A stretch of DNA of 64,000 nt from Thermoanaerobaculia bacterium (GTDB lineage: Bacteria > Acidobacteriota > Thermoanaerobaculia > Gp7-AA8). The translations under genes and the position numbers were made by a program. The notes beneath the pieces were generated by a model. That model had not been told where the DNA came from, ran no database searches, and saw only the letters and a program-made list of their open reading frames with translations. The DNA lies in the NCBI GenBank assembly GCA_035995985.1, contig DASYJY010000089.1, forward strand, positions 4,477 to 68,476, read 5' to 3'. Below, piece by piece: positions 1-9,348 of this stretch; position 1 is the first letter of the stretch, and each line of letters starts with the position of its first letter.

Positions 1-129
1 ATGCTTTTTGATAGGTCGACGAAGTGATTCGATGAGGTTCGCGATGCTTTTTGATAGGTTCACGAACCTATTCGATGAGGTTCGTGACACTCTTTGTCAG
101 ATCCCCGAAGCTGTTCGATGAGGTTCCTG
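1..129. repeat. Tandem array of three ~43-bp units (1-43, 44-86, 87-129) plus a degenerate fourth unit; truncated by the window edge
   Basis: The 13-mer TTCGATGAGGTTC recurs at 28-40, 71-83 and 114-126, an exact 43-bp period. Units 1 and 2 also share ATGCTTTTTGATAGGT. The region is visibly less GC-rich than its surroundings. Confidence 0.7.
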
Positions 130-175
130 TTGCCTTCGATACGGTTGATGAACCGAACCGGGAGATGGGGGACCG

Positions 176-1156
176 CTACTTCAACCCCGGCTGGATCTTC
201 TCCACCAACTTCTCGAACCTCATCGAAATCCCCTTCGTCACCACGATCTGCTTGAGGTAATTGAGCGACGTGATCGCGGCGGGGAGGCCGGAAATCGCGG
301 CAGGGATCGACGCGAGACGTCCCGCGAGCTGCATGGTCTTGTCGGCCACGCTGTAGTCCTGCGACATCAGATCGGCGCGCGCTTGGCCGTTGTAGGCGAT
401 CGTCAAAAGATAGATGTCCGCGATCAATTCGCGGAAGCGCATCTCGCTGCCCCAGGCGAAGCAATCGCCGCTGCGGATGTTCTCCAGGAACTCCGCCGTC
501 GTCTCGCCCCTAGACACCGTGTGCACCTTCGCAACGTGCTTGAGTGTGTGCGCGTCGGAGCCGCCGATCATCGATGCGTGGCGGCCGCCTTTCTCCACCG
601 TGTTCACGAGCTGCTGCACCATCTTGTTGTGGAACGACGCCATCGCGCCGTTCATCGCTTCGAAGATGTCGAACATCTCCAGCAGCTCCGCGATGTAGTG
701 CGCGGCCACGTTCTTCATTCGATAGTTCTGGAAGAGGTGATTGACGCCGAAGATCATCCGCTGCGACTTCATGTACGGCACCATTTCGCGGATGTTGGGA
801 CGCAGCCGCTGGATCTCGCGATGCTGCGCTTCGTTCAGCCCCCAGACGCCGACGTGGATGCGCTGCCCGGTTTCGGGGAAGTAGGTCTCGACCTCTTCGC
901 CGATGAAGAAGTCCGTCATGTCGGGATACTTGTTGAGCAGGTACAGCGCGCCATCGATCGAGTCGTGATCGGTGAGCGTCACGTACGACATCCCCCGTTC
1001 TTTCGCGATGCGATAGACGTCCTCGGGGTTGTTGTAGCAGTCGCGGGTGTTCGCGCGGCGGAAGTACTTGAACACCGAATAACGGCTGTGGCAGTGCAGA
1101 TCGGCCCGCTTGATGGTCGGATCCGCGAGGATCTGCGCCGAGGCCGTATCGTTCAT
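176..1156 (-). CDS. PHP-domain metal-dependent phosphoesterase
   Basis: 326-aa ORF. DLHCHSRYS and VTLTDHDS His/Asp motifs near the N-terminus and GGSDAH later give the metal-ligand pattern of the PHP superfamily. Antisense ORFs here are GC artefacts. Confidence 0.8.
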   Translation of the reverse strand: MNDTASAQILADPTIKRADLHCHSRYSVFKYFRRANTRDCYNNPEDVYRIAKERGMSYVTLTDHDSIDGALYLLNKYPDMTDFFIGEEVETYFPETGQRIHVGVWGLNEAQHREIQRLRPNIREMVPYMKSQRMIFGVNHLFQNYRMKNVAAHYIAELLEMFDIFEAMNGAMASFHNKMVQQLVNTVEKGGRHASMIGGSDAHTLKHVAKVHTVSRGETTAEFLENIRSGDCFAWGSEMRFRELIADIYLLTIAYNGQARADLMSQDYSVADKTMQLAGRLASIPAAISGLPAAITSLNYLKQIVVTKGISMRFEKLVEKIQPGLK

Positions 1157-1265
1157 CGAGTTTGCAGTAGTCTCAGAAATGATTGATCAACCTGTCTGTG
1201 TTTTTCCTACAATTCGCGTGCCGGTGAGGATGAGCACGGAAGTGTAGCTCACGCCGTGAACTCCG

Positions 1266-3728
1266 ATGGCCACCATCAACCGCAAACCGCCAAACCTCAG
1301 CGCATCCGAGTGGATGGAGGAGGAGATTCCGAAGCGTCTTCCGATCATCCCGCTCGTCTCGTCGGTCCTCTTTCCGAACGGCGTGCTGTCGCTGCAGGTC
1401 GGCATCGACCGCAACGTGCGGCTGCTCAAAGGCCTTGGCGATGACCAGAACCTGATCGCTGCCTTCTGCCAGAAGACCGGCGACAAAGAGAATCCGCGCG
1501 CCGAGGACCTGTCGCCGATCGGTGTGCTCGCCGCGATCGTGCAACGCCTTCCGCTGTCATCCGATCGATACCAGGTCTTCCTGCAGGGACGCCAGCGCAT
1601 CGAGCTCGTGCAGATGCTGCAAACGGAGCCGTACTTCGAAGGGATGCTGCGCGAGATCGCGCCGCGCGCGATTCCGAAGAGCGTCAAGACCGAAAACCTC
1701 ATGAACAAGGCCATGTCGCTCTTCGAGAAGCTCGTCGAAAGCGACTCGAAGTATTCAAACGAACTGCTCAACATTCTGCGGATGAACATGAGTGAAGGGC
1801 CGGACACCTTCGCCGATCTGCTCTCATCGTTCGTCAACTTTCCGCTCGAGGAAAAGCAACTCCTGCTCGAGACGGTCAATCCGGTCGAGCGTATCGAGCT
1901 GCTCATCGACTGGATCCAGCGCGACCTCGGCAAGGCCACCTTCGACAAGGAACTGCAGCGCACGATTCAGACCTCGATCGATCGCCGCGAACGCGATACC
2001 TATCTTCGCGAACAACTTCGTGTCATTCAGGACGAGCTCGGCGACACGAACAGCTCCGAGCGCGAAGCCGACACGTATCGCGATCGCGTCGAAGCGCTTC
2101 CGATCGCCGAGGAGCACAAACAGACGCTGCGCCGCGAGGTGAATCGATTTGGACAACTGTCGCCGTCATCGAGCGACTACGCCGTCATCAAAGGCCATCT
2201 CGATACCGTCTTTCAGATTCCTTGGGCAGAGAAGACGGAGGATCGGCTCGACCTCGTGCGCGCAGAGGAGATCCTCGAAGAACGCCATCACGGATTGGAG
2301 AAGGTCAAAGAGCGCGTGCTCGAGTTTCTGGCCGTGCTCAAGCTCAAGGGCGATCTCAAAGGACCGATTCTCTGCTTCGTCGGACCGCCCGGCGTCGGCA
2401 AGACTTCCCTCGGCGCTGCGATCGCGGACGCGCTCGGGCGCAAGTTCGTGCGCATGGCCGTCGGCGGCGTCACGGACGAGTCGGAGATCCGCGGACATCG
2501 CAAGACGTACATCGGCGCGATGCCGGGGAAGTTGATCCAGAGTTACATCCAGGTCGGCGTCAACAATCCGCTGATCATGATCGATGAGATCGACAAGATC
2601 GGGAAGGACTACCGTGGCGACCCTGCCTCGGCGCTTCTCGAGGTGATGGACCCGAAGCAGAACGTCGCTTTCGTCGACCGCTATCTCGAGATTCCGTTCG
2701 ATCTCTCCCACACGCTCTTCATCAGCACCGCCAACATGCTCGACACGATTCCGAGCCCGCTGCGCGATCGGATGGAGGTGATTCGACTCTCCGGCTACAC
2801 GGAGCGGGAGAAGCTCGAGATCGCGAAGAAGCATCTGATCCGCGAACTGCTCGAAAATCACGGCCTCACCGCGGCTCACGTCACGTTCAGCGACGACGCG
2901 CTGCTGATGGTCATTCGCGATTACACCGCCGAGGCAGGCGTGCGCAACCTCGAGCGCAAGCTGGCCACCATTCTCCGCAAGATCGCCCGCAAAGTGGCCA
3001 GCGGATCGGAAGAGGCTTCCTACACCGTGGAGACTTCGGAGTTGGAGTCGTACCTCGGCCTGCCGTCGTACGAGCACGAATTCGCCGAACGGAATCCCGA
3101 GGTTGGCGTCACCACTGGATTGGCTTGGACGCAGTTCGGCGGCGAGATCATGTTCATCGAAGCGACGCGCATGGCCGGCAGCGGACGCACCACCGTCACC
3201 GGCCAGCTCGGCGACGTGATGCGCGAGTCGGTGACGGCCGCGTATTCGTACGTGCGTTCGAAAGCGAAAGACCTCGACATCGACGACAAGAAGTTCACCG
3301 AGAACGACATCCACATCCATTTCCCCGCCGGCGCGATTCCGAAAGATGGACCTTCCGCCGGTGTCGCTATCGCCACGTGCATCGCCTCGGTCATGGGAGA
3401 CCGCCCGGTGCGGCACGACGTGGCCATGACCGGCGAGATCACCCTTCGCGGTAAAGTGCTCTCCGTCGGCGGAGTGAAAGAGAAAGTGATGGCGGCACAG
3501 CGCGCGAACATCAAGACCGTCGTGCTGCCGGAAGGAAATCGCAAGGATCTCACCGAGGTGCCGGAGGAAGTGAAAGTGGGACTGAATTTTATTTTCGCCG
3601 AGCGGGTCGAGAGCGTCTGGAAAGAAACCCTGATGCCGATGGTGGCGGCGCGGCTGAGCGCCCGCAAGCAGGACGACGCTGAGACAAAGATCGAGGCTCC
3701 GACGAGCGACCGGCCAGAACAACGATGA
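1266..3728 (+). CDS. lon: ATP-dependent Lon protease
   Basis: 820-aa ORF with a LON N-terminal domain (LPIIPLVSSVLFPNGV), Walker A GPPGVGKTS, Walker B-like LIMIDEIDK, the protease Ser motif PKDGPSAGVA and the Lys motif GGVKEKV. Confidence 0.95.
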   Translation: MATINRKPPNLSASEWMEEEIPKRLPIIPLVSSVLFPNGVLSLQVGIDRNVRLLKGLGDDQNLIAAFCQKTGDKENPRAEDLSPIGVLAAIVQRLPLSSDRYQVFLQGRQRIELVQMLQTEPYFEGMLREIAPRAIPKSVKTENLMNKAMSLFEKLVESDSKYSNELLNILRMNMSEGPDTFADLLSSFVNFPLEEKQLLLETVNPVERIELLIDWIQRDLGKATFDKELQRTIQTSIDRRERDTYLREQLRVIQDELGDTNSSEREADTYRDRVEALPIAEEHKQTLRREVNRFGQLSPSSSDYAVIKGHLDTVFQIPWAEKTEDRLDLVRAEEILEERHHGLEKVKERVLEFLAVLKLKGDLKGPILCFVGPPGVGKTSLGAAIADALGRKFVRMAVGGVTDESEIRGHRKTYIGAMPGKLIQSYIQVGVNNPLIMIDEIDKIGKDYRGDPASALLEVMDPKQNVAFVDRYLEIPFDLSHTLFISTANMLDTIPSPLRDRMEVIRLSGYTEREKLEIAKKHLIRELLENHGLTAAHVTFSDDALLMVIRDYTAEAGVRNLERKLATILRKIARKVASGSEEASYTVETSELESYLGLPSYEHEFAERNPEVGVTTGLAWTQFGGEIMFIEATRMAGSGRTTVTGQLGDVMRESVTAAYSYVRSKAKDLDIDDKKFTENDIHIHFPAGAIPKDGPSAGVAIATCIASVMGDRPVRHDVAMTGEITLRGKVLSVGGVKEKVMAAQRANIKTVVLPEGNRKDLTEVPEEVKVGLNFIFAERVESVWKETLMPMVAARLSARKQDDAETKIEAPTSDRPEQR

Positions 3729-4510
3729 GCGAAACGATCAAACGCGGCTGGCTGGACAACATCCTCTTCGCCGCGCTCGTGGTTCTCGCGTTCGGCGGCA
3801 GCACCTATCTCTGTTTCAATTTTTTCATCCGAGGACGATCCGTTTCGACACCGGACCTGGTCGGACGTCACCTCGATAAAGCGAAGGCGATCTGCTCCGA
3901 CCTCGGCGTCAGTCTCGTCGTCGATGCGGGCACCCGCAATTCGGACAAGATCGCCACCGGTGACGTGGTGTGGCAGAACCGCACGCCCGGCGCGACGAAC
4001 CTGATCAAGCGCGGCACCGATATTCACGTCGAGCTGAGCGCCGGGCCGCTCGTACTGCAGGTACCGGACCTCACCGGACAGTCGGCGCGCACTGCGCTGC
4101 TCCGTCTCAGCCAGAAGAATCTGAAGCTCGATGCCGTCGCACACGTGGAGAGCGCGGTACAACAGGGGATCATGTCCGAGGACCCGCCAAAAGATACGGT
4201 GGTCGCCGCGCAGACGAAGGTCTCGTTACTGGTGGGCGAGCAACCGCCGCCGCTCCCGTACGTCATGCCGGACCTCATCGACCGTCCGCTCGACACCGTA
4301 CGTCCGGCGCTGGAAAGCCGAGGTTTGATCATGTCGAACGTGAAGTTCGAGTCATATCCGGGCATCGCGGACGGCATTATCATTCGCCAGTTTCCGCTGC
4401 GCGGCGCACCGGTCAGCGGCCGCGATCCGATCACGGTCGTCGTCAGCCGGCAGGCGGAAGGCGGCATCATCGAAGGGCCCGCGGCGGTCGCGCCCACCAC
4501 TACGCAATGA
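3725..4510 (+). CDS. Membrane-anchored PASTA-repeat protein
   Basis: 261-aa ORF with an ATGA overlap with the lon stop. One N-terminal TM helix is followed by three PASTA-like repeats starting at TPDLVGRH, VPDLTGQS and MPDLIDRP. Confidence 0.7.
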   Translation: MSETIKRGWLDNILFAALVVLAFGGSTYLCFNFFIRGRSVSTPDLVGRHLDKAKAICSDLGVSLVVDAGTRNSDKIATGDVVWQNRTPGATNLIKRGTDIHVELSAGPLVLQVPDLTGQSARTALLRLSQKNLKLDAVAHVESAVQQGIMSEDPPKDTVVAAQTKVSLLVGEQPPPLPYVMPDLIDRPLDTVRPALESRGLIMSNVKFESYPGIADGIIIRQFPLRGAPVSGRDPITVVVSRQAEGGIIEGPAAVAPTTTQ

Positions 4511-5175
4511 CGAAAATTCAGATCGCGCCGTCGCTCCTCTCCGCCGACTTTTCGAAGCTCGGCGATGAGTTACGCGACATAGAGGCCGGCGGCGCGGACC
4601 TCGTGCACCTCGATGTCATGGACGGTCACTTCGTTCCGAACCTGACCATCGGTCCGGCCATCGTGAAGTCGTGCCGCGCGCAGACGAAGCTGACCTTCGA
4701 CTGCCATCTGATGATTTCCGAGCCGCAGCGTTACATCGACGAGTTCCTCAAAGCGGGCGCGAACATGATCTCGATCCATCAGGAAGCCGAGCCGCATTTG
4801 CAGCGCGCGTTGCAGATGATCCGCGACGGCGGCGCGAAGGCGGGCATCGCCATCAACCCGGCTACACCGGCGGAATCGCTGACCACCGCCATCGAGTTCT
4901 GCGACTTTGTTCTGGTGATGACGGTTAACCCCGGCTTCGGCGGACAGAAGTTCATCGAACCTGTTGTGGGCAAGATCCGTCTCATTGCACAGATGATCAG
5001 AGAGAGGGGCGTCGCGGTCGATATCGAAGTCGACGGCGGCATCGACGCGGCCACGGCGCCGCTGGTAGTGGCGGCCGGCGCGCGCATCCTCGTGGCCGGA
5101 TCGGCTGTCTTCGGACAGCCCGACCGCAAAGCGGCAATGGAAGCGATCCGAAACAGCGTTAGCGTGAGAGTTTGA
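4507..5175 (+). CDS. rpe: Ribulose-phosphate 3-epimerase
   Basis: In-frame ATG at 4507 inside the over-long ORF 3970..5175. Motifs IAPSLLSADF, HLDVMDGHFVPN and VMTVNPGFGGQKF are present. ATGA overlap with the upstream stop. Confidence 0.92.
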   Translation: MTKIQIAPSLLSADFSKLGDELRDIEAGGADLVHLDVMDGHFVPNLTIGPAIVKSCRAQTKLTFDCHLMISEPQRYIDEFLKAGANMISIHQEAEPHLQRALQMIRDGGAKAGIAINPATPAESLTTAIEFCDFVLVMTVNPGFGGQKFIEPVVGKIRLIAQMIRERGVAVDIEVDGGIDAATAPLVVAAGARILVAGSAVFGQPDRKAAMEAIRNSVSVRV

Positions 5176-6017
5176 CGTCCACCGGAGGAAATTTGAAAAA
5201 GACCTTGACCCTGATCGCGGTCCTCGCGATCGCGCTTGCCGGCTGCCGGCATACGTTCCGCGGCAAATCAGACGCCACGGGAAGCAGCAGCGCCACGCGC
5301 TCCTCGCTGCGCACGAGCTTCGACCCATCGCTGATGAAGATGAGCAAGGAACAGGTGTTCCAACTCGGCGAGGAACAGTTCGCGAAAAAGAAGTACGCGA
5401 AGGCGCGCCAGTACTACTCGCACGTCTACGAGACGTACCCGAACGATCCGCTCGGCCGGCGCGCGTTGCTTCGCGTCGCGGACGCGTACTACGAGCAGGG
5501 CGATCCGGTGAATCTCGTCGAGGCGCAGTACAAGTACCGCGATTTCATCAACCGCTATCCCGGCAGCGATCGCGCGGACTACGCCATGCTGCAGATTGCC
5601 ATGTGCTCGTACAAGCAGATGGAGCGCCCCGACCGCGATCAGCAGAAGACCCGCGAGGCGCTGGACAAGTTCAACGACGTCCTGAAGACGTATCCGCGCA
5701 GCGCCCTTCGGCCGGAGATCGACAAGCGGCACCAGGATGTCCTCGACCGGCTGGCCAAGCACGATCAGATCATCGCCCGCTACTACATCAAGCGGCGCAG
5801 CTACAACGCGGCCGTGCAGCGGCTGAATGGAATCGTCGAGCTCTATCCGAACTACCGCGAGCGCGACTCCGTCTTCTTCGACCTCGGCACGGCGTTGTCG
5901 GGACTCGGACGGACGGCCGAGGCGCGGCTTTACTTCGACCGCGTCGTGACTGAGTATCCGCAGAGTCCCTACGCCGGCAAAGCTAAACAGAAACTCGGGA
6001 CGTTGAAGACCGCATGA
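5172..6017 (+). CDS. bamD: BamD/YfiO-like TPR outer-membrane lipoprotein
   Basis: 281-aa ORF with lipobox LAGC after a signal peptide. TPR-like helices carry the BamD-style pattern (AKKKYAKARQYY..., YPNDPLGRRA, RYPGSDRADYA). TTG start overlaps the rpe stop. Confidence 0.7.
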   Translation: MTSTGGNLKKTLTLIAVLAIALAGCRHTFRGKSDATGSSSATRSSLRTSFDPSLMKMSKEQVFQLGEEQFAKKKYAKARQYYSHVYETYPNDPLGRRALLRVADAYYEQGDPVNLVEAQYKYRDFINRYPGSDRADYAMLQIAMCSYKQMERPDRDQQKTREALDKFNDVLKTYPRSALRPEIDKRHQDVLDRLAKHDQIIARYYIKRRSYNAAVQRLNGIVELYPNYRERDSVFFDLGTALSGLGRTAEARLYFDRVVTEYPQSPYAGKAKQKLGTLKTA

Positions 6018-6742
6018 AGAAGTACGTCGTTCTCCTGCTGTTGCTGACGGCCTGTGCTACGAAAAAGGCCGACGAGAACGACGTTCCGTCGCTCGTGCCG
6101 CCGCCGGAAACGTCATCCGCGGCGAACGCCGCCGCGGATGCGCGCCTTGCGGAGATGCAGACGTCGATGACGGAGTTGCTCGAACGGATCGATGTGCTCA
6201 ACGCGCGCATCGCCCGGCTCGAGTCGGCGCCGCAAGCGGAGACGCGTGTCGCGGTGCAAACGCCCTCGCGCGTTGTGGAACCTGCGCCGCGCGCGGCGCT
6301 GGAGCCGGCGCCAGTTTCAACGCCGCTTCGCGCGACGGCGCCGGTGAGCGGACCGTTGCAAAACGCTGCGATCGCCGACAGCTACCGCGGCGCGCTCATT
6401 CTCTTCGGCAAAGGTCGCATGGCCGACGCCCGCACCGCGCTCCAGCAGGTCTTCGATGCCGATCCATCCGGCGAGCTTGCCGACAACGCGCTCTACTGGA
6501 TCGGCGAGACGTACTACGCCGCCTCCGACTTCACGAACGCGATGCGCACCTACGAGCGCGTAACGAAGGAGTATCCCGAACAGAACAAAGCGCCCGACGC
6601 GATGTTCAAGATCGGACTTACCTTCGAAAAAACCGGCGACCTCGGCATGGCCCGGAAGACCTTCGATGAGGTGATCCGCCGCTATCCGTACTCGACCGCG
6701 GCGTCGTCTTCGAAGCTCGAGCTCAAGCGCGTGAAGTACTGA
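6014..6742 (+). CDS. cpoB: YbgF/CpoB-like Tol-Pal associated TPR lipoprotein
   Basis: 242-aa ORF with lipobox LTAC. An N-terminal coiled-coil segment (MTELLERIDVLNARIARLE) is followed by a C-terminal TPR triad (YWIGETYY, FKIGLTFEKTGD). ATGA overlap with bamD. Confidence 0.65.
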   Translation: MKKYVVLLLLLTACATKKADENDVPSLVPPPETSSAANAAADARLAEMQTSMTELLERIDVLNARIARLESAPQAETRVAVQTPSRVVEPAPRAALEPAPVSTPLRATAPVSGPLQNAAIADSYRGALILFGKGRMADARTALQQVFDADPSGELADNALYWIGETYYAASDFTNAMRTYERVTKEYPEQNKAPDAMFKIGLTFEKTGDLGMARKTFDEVIRRYPYSTAASSSKLELKRVKY

Positions 6743-6781
6743 CTGCAACGCTTCTTCCACACCCGATACAATCCCACCTCC

Positions 6782-7531
6782 ATGGCTGACGAAAACGAAA
6801 GCGGGGCATCGCTTCTTGCGCGGCGCGAATATGCGCGCGCGGTTCCGCTCCTCAAACGCGATCTCGACAAGTACCAGTCCAATCCTCGCATCCGGCTGCA
6901 GTACGCCGACGCGCTGGCCGGTGCCGGCCAGCACGAAGAGGCGATCGCGCAGTACGAGCACACGGCGAAGTACTACGAGGACAACGGATTAACCGTGCAA
7001 GCCATCGCCGTCGCGAAGAAGGCGGAGAAGCTGCGCGGGCAGATCGCCGCTGCCGCGCCGCAGGAGGCGACGGCGGGGAAGAGCGATCCGCTGTTCACGC
7101 GTCCCGTGCCGAAGTCGCCGCTCTTCGAGGTGTTGAATGAGGAAGAGCGCGATGCGCTGGTGCGCGAGATGGAGCTCGAATCACACGACGAGGGGAGCGT
7201 CATCATCAGCGAAGGGCAGCCCGGCGCGTCGATGTACGTCATCGCCAGCGGCGAGGTGAAGGTCTTCACGAACGGCGCCGGAGGCTCCACGCTTTATCTC
7301 GCGCGGCTCGGCGAGGGCGATTTCTTCGGCGAGGTGAGCATGCTCACCGGCAAGCCGCGCACGGCCACCATCACCGCATCGCAGCGCACCGAACTGCTTC
7401 GCCTCGATAAAGAAAAACTCGATAACGCCCTGGCGACGTATCCCGGAATCCGCAACGTGCTCAACGACTTTTATCAACGCCGCGCCGAGCACACGGTCGA
7501 GGCGATGATCGACAGTTTGAAGAGAAAGTAG
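6782..7531 (+). CDS. Cyclic-nucleotide-binding domain protein with a TPR-like N-terminal region
   Basis: 249-aa ORF whose C-terminal half has the cNMP-binding signature GEGDFFGEVSMLTGKPRTATITA. Confidence 0.8.
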   Translation: MADENESGASLLARREYARAVPLLKRDLDKYQSNPRIRLQYADALAGAGQHEEAIAQYEHTAKYYEDNGLTVQAIAVAKKAEKLRGQIAAAAPQEATAGKSDPLFTRPVPKSPLFEVLNEEERDALVREMELESHDEGSVIISEGQPGASMYVIASGEVKVFTNGAGGSTLYLARLGEGDFFGEVSMLTGKPRTATITASQRTELLRLDKEKLDNALATYPGIRNVLNDFYQRRAEHTVEAMIDSLKRK

Positions 7532-7540
7532 GAGCACGCC

Positions 7541-8056
7541 TTGGCCGTTCTTCCCATCGTCAAATACGGCGATCCCGTTTTACGCAATCCGACGCAGCCG
7601 GTCGGCGACATCGACGCGGCGTTGCAGAAGCTGATCGACGACATGGTCGACACGATGTATGCCGCGCCCGGAGTCGGACTGGCTGCGAATCAGGTAGGCG
7701 TCGCGAAGCGGCTGGCGGTGATTGATCTGACGGTCGGCAAGAAGCCGGGCAACCTGCACGTCTTCATCAATCCCGAGCTCGTGGAGATGGAAGGGCAGAT
7801 CACGGAGGAAGAGGGATGCCTCTCGATTCCTGACTTCGTCGAAGACGTCACCCGGCCGGAGCGCGTGAAGGTCCGCTTCACCGATCGCAACGGACAGCAA
7901 CGCGAGCTTCGCGGCGAAGGACTGATGGCCCGCGCTCTCTGCCATGAAATCGATCACCTCAACGGTGGGCTGTACATCGACCACGTTCGCGGCTTCAAGA
8001 AGGACCGCATCCTGAAGAAGATTCAGAAGCTGGCAAAGTCGGGGATGTGGGGATAG
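7541..8056 (+). CDS. def: Peptide deformylase
   Basis: 171-aa ORF with the three deformylase motifs GVGLAANQVG, EGCLSIP and HEIDHLNG. TTG start. Confidence 0.93.
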   Translation: MAVLPIVKYGDPVLRNPTQPVGDIDAALQKLIDDMVDTMYAAPGVGLAANQVGVAKRLAVIDLTVGKKPGNLHVFINPELVEMEGQITEEEGCLSIPDFVEDVTRPERVKVRFTDRNGQQRELRGEGLMARALCHEIDHLNGGLYIDHVRGFKKDRILKKIQKLAKSGMWG

Positions 8057-9001
8057 CTACGGCGCGACGGCGATTCCCCACGGACCGTCCGGCACTTTGA
8101 TCGTGGCGGTGACGCGGCCGGATGCGGTATCGATCACCGATACGTCGTTGGACAACCCATTTGCGGTGTAGAGCGTGCGGCCATCGCGCGTGAGGTTGAT
8201 GCCCCACGGCCGATTTCCGACGGCGATGTATTGCAGGACGCGATTCGAGGCCGTGTCGATGACGGCGACGGCGTTGCCGCGGCCGGTCGCAGCGTAGAGC
8301 CGCTTGCCGTCCGGTGAGAGGACGACGCCGACCGGATGGTCGGCCGGCCGGAGTTTGATGTGAGCGACGGCGCGGTTCTTCTTCACGTCGACGACGTTGA
8401 TGCTCCCGCCGACTTCGGAGCTGACGTACGCGCGCACGCCGTCGCGAGCGAAGACGGCGGCGCGGGGACGCGCATCGACGAAGATGTTCGCGGTGACTGC
8501 GTTGTTCTTCGGATCGATGACCGTGACGGTGTTGCTCGTCTCCGCAGTGACGTAGATCAGCGTTCCGTCGTAGCTCGCCGCCACGCCCTCGGGTTCCGTG
8601 CCGGTGACGAGCGAAACGTTCCTTCCGTTGCCGATGTCGACGATCGACGCGGTGCCGGCGTCTTCGTTCGCCACGCAAAACCGCTTGCCGTCGGGCGTGA
8701 TGGCAATGCCCTCGGGATCGGTTCCCGCTTTGTAGCGGCGGATGATCGTCAGCGTTCTAGGATCGATGGCGACCACTCCGTCCGCGGTCTTCGAAAATTG
8801 TCCGCGAAAGTGGCTGACCGCGACGTAGAGCCGTTTGCCGTCGGGACTGAGGACGATTCCGCGCGGGCGCGTGCCGACGGCGATCGTTTTGATCGTGGAG
8901 CCGTCGATCATCGTCACGCTGCCGGCGCGTTCGCTGGTGACGAAGATTTTCGCGGCTTGGATCGGCAACGCGACGAGTGCGACGAAGAAGAATGCTTTCA
9001 T
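8057..9001 (-). CDS. YVTN-type beta-propeller protein of the kind associated with PQQ-dependent catabolism
   Basis: 314-aa ORF with a signal peptide and about seven repeats of the form G..P.G....PDGKRLYV.. . 4-nt overlap with the upstream cytochrome c gene. Confidence 0.7.
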   Translation of the reverse strand: MKAFFFVALVALPIQAAKIFVTSERAGSVTMIDGSTIKTIAVGTRPRGIVLSPDGKRLYVAVSHFRGQFSKTADGVVAIDPRTLTIIRRYKAGTDPEGIAITPDGKRFCVANEDAGTASIVDIGNGRNVSLVTGTEPEGVAASYDGTLIYVTAETSNTVTVIDPKNNAVTANIFVDARPRAAVFARDGVRAYVSSEVGGSINVVDVKKNRAVAHIKLRPADHPVGVVLSPDGKRLYAATGRGNAVAVIDTASNRVLQYIAVGNRPWGINLTRDGRTLYTANGLSNDVSVIDTASGRVTATIKVPDGPWGIAVAP

Positions 9002-9348
9002 TTCAACGTGTAGAGATACGCGACGATGTCACGCGCCTCATCCGGTTTCACGCCGAGGTTCGGCATGACGTTGTCGGGATTCGTCATCTGCGGATTCTGG
9101 ATGTACGCGATCATGTTTGGCTGCGAGTTGGGGAGCTTGGCGGCGATGATCTGACGCGAGGCGACGTGTTCGAGCGACGGACCGACCATTCCTTTTGCTC
9201 CGTCGATACCGGGGACGATGTGGCAGGAGTTGCAGCCGTACTGCTCGATGAGCTGCTTGCCGCGCTTCGCGTCTCCAACGACGGGCGCCGCGGCCTCGGG
9301 GCGCTTGCAGGCGGCGAGGAGCAAAATCAAAATCACGATTCGTTTCAC
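8998..9348 (-). CDS. Small class I c-type cytochrome (lipoprotein)
   Basis: 116-aa ORF with lipobox LAAC, heme motif CNSCH and a distal Met (NVMPN). GTG start overlaps the ctaG stop. Confidence 0.8.
   Translation of the reverse strand: MKRIVILILLLAACKRPEAAAPVVGDAKRGKQLIEQYGCNSCHIVPGIDGAKGMVGPSLEHVASRQIIAAKLPNSQPNMIAYIQNPQMTNPDNVMPNLGVKPDEARDIVAYLYTLK

Noticed and set aside
1-129. Possible CRISPR array at the window start
   Set aside because: The repeat units abut directly with no unique spacers, the units diverge progressively, and there are no cas genes in the 64 kb.
383-1186. 267-aa plus-strand ORF antisense to the PHP gene. Similar long antisense or alternative-frame ORFs occur at 2166-3722, 11447-13270, 12004-13455, 15975-17099, 28561-29934, 40035-41267, 54471-55871 and 57447-58844.
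   Set aside because: They are Arg/Ala/Gly/Pro-rich with no motifs, and each lies opposite or out of frame to a gene with strong family motifs. This is the expected stop-codon depletion in high-GC sequence.
1157-1265. Heat-shock control element (CIRCE or sigma-32 promoter) in the PHP/lon divergent region
   Set aside because: There is only a 5-6 bp imperfect inverted repeat (TGAGC...GCTCA) and no match to TTAGCACTC-N9-GAGTGCTAA or to a sigma-32 consensus that I could defend.
3970-4506. N-terminal 179-codon extension of the rpe ORF. Analogous extensions occur at 20899-21087, 23580-23648, 34922-35824, 39028-39159, 44832-45200, 17273-17848 and 62766-62846.
   Set aside because: The extensions overlap the preceding gene or intergenic repeats and are Arg/Pro-rich. 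Internal ATGs give N-termini with recognisable family starts, signal peptides, RBSs or 4-nt coupling overlaps.
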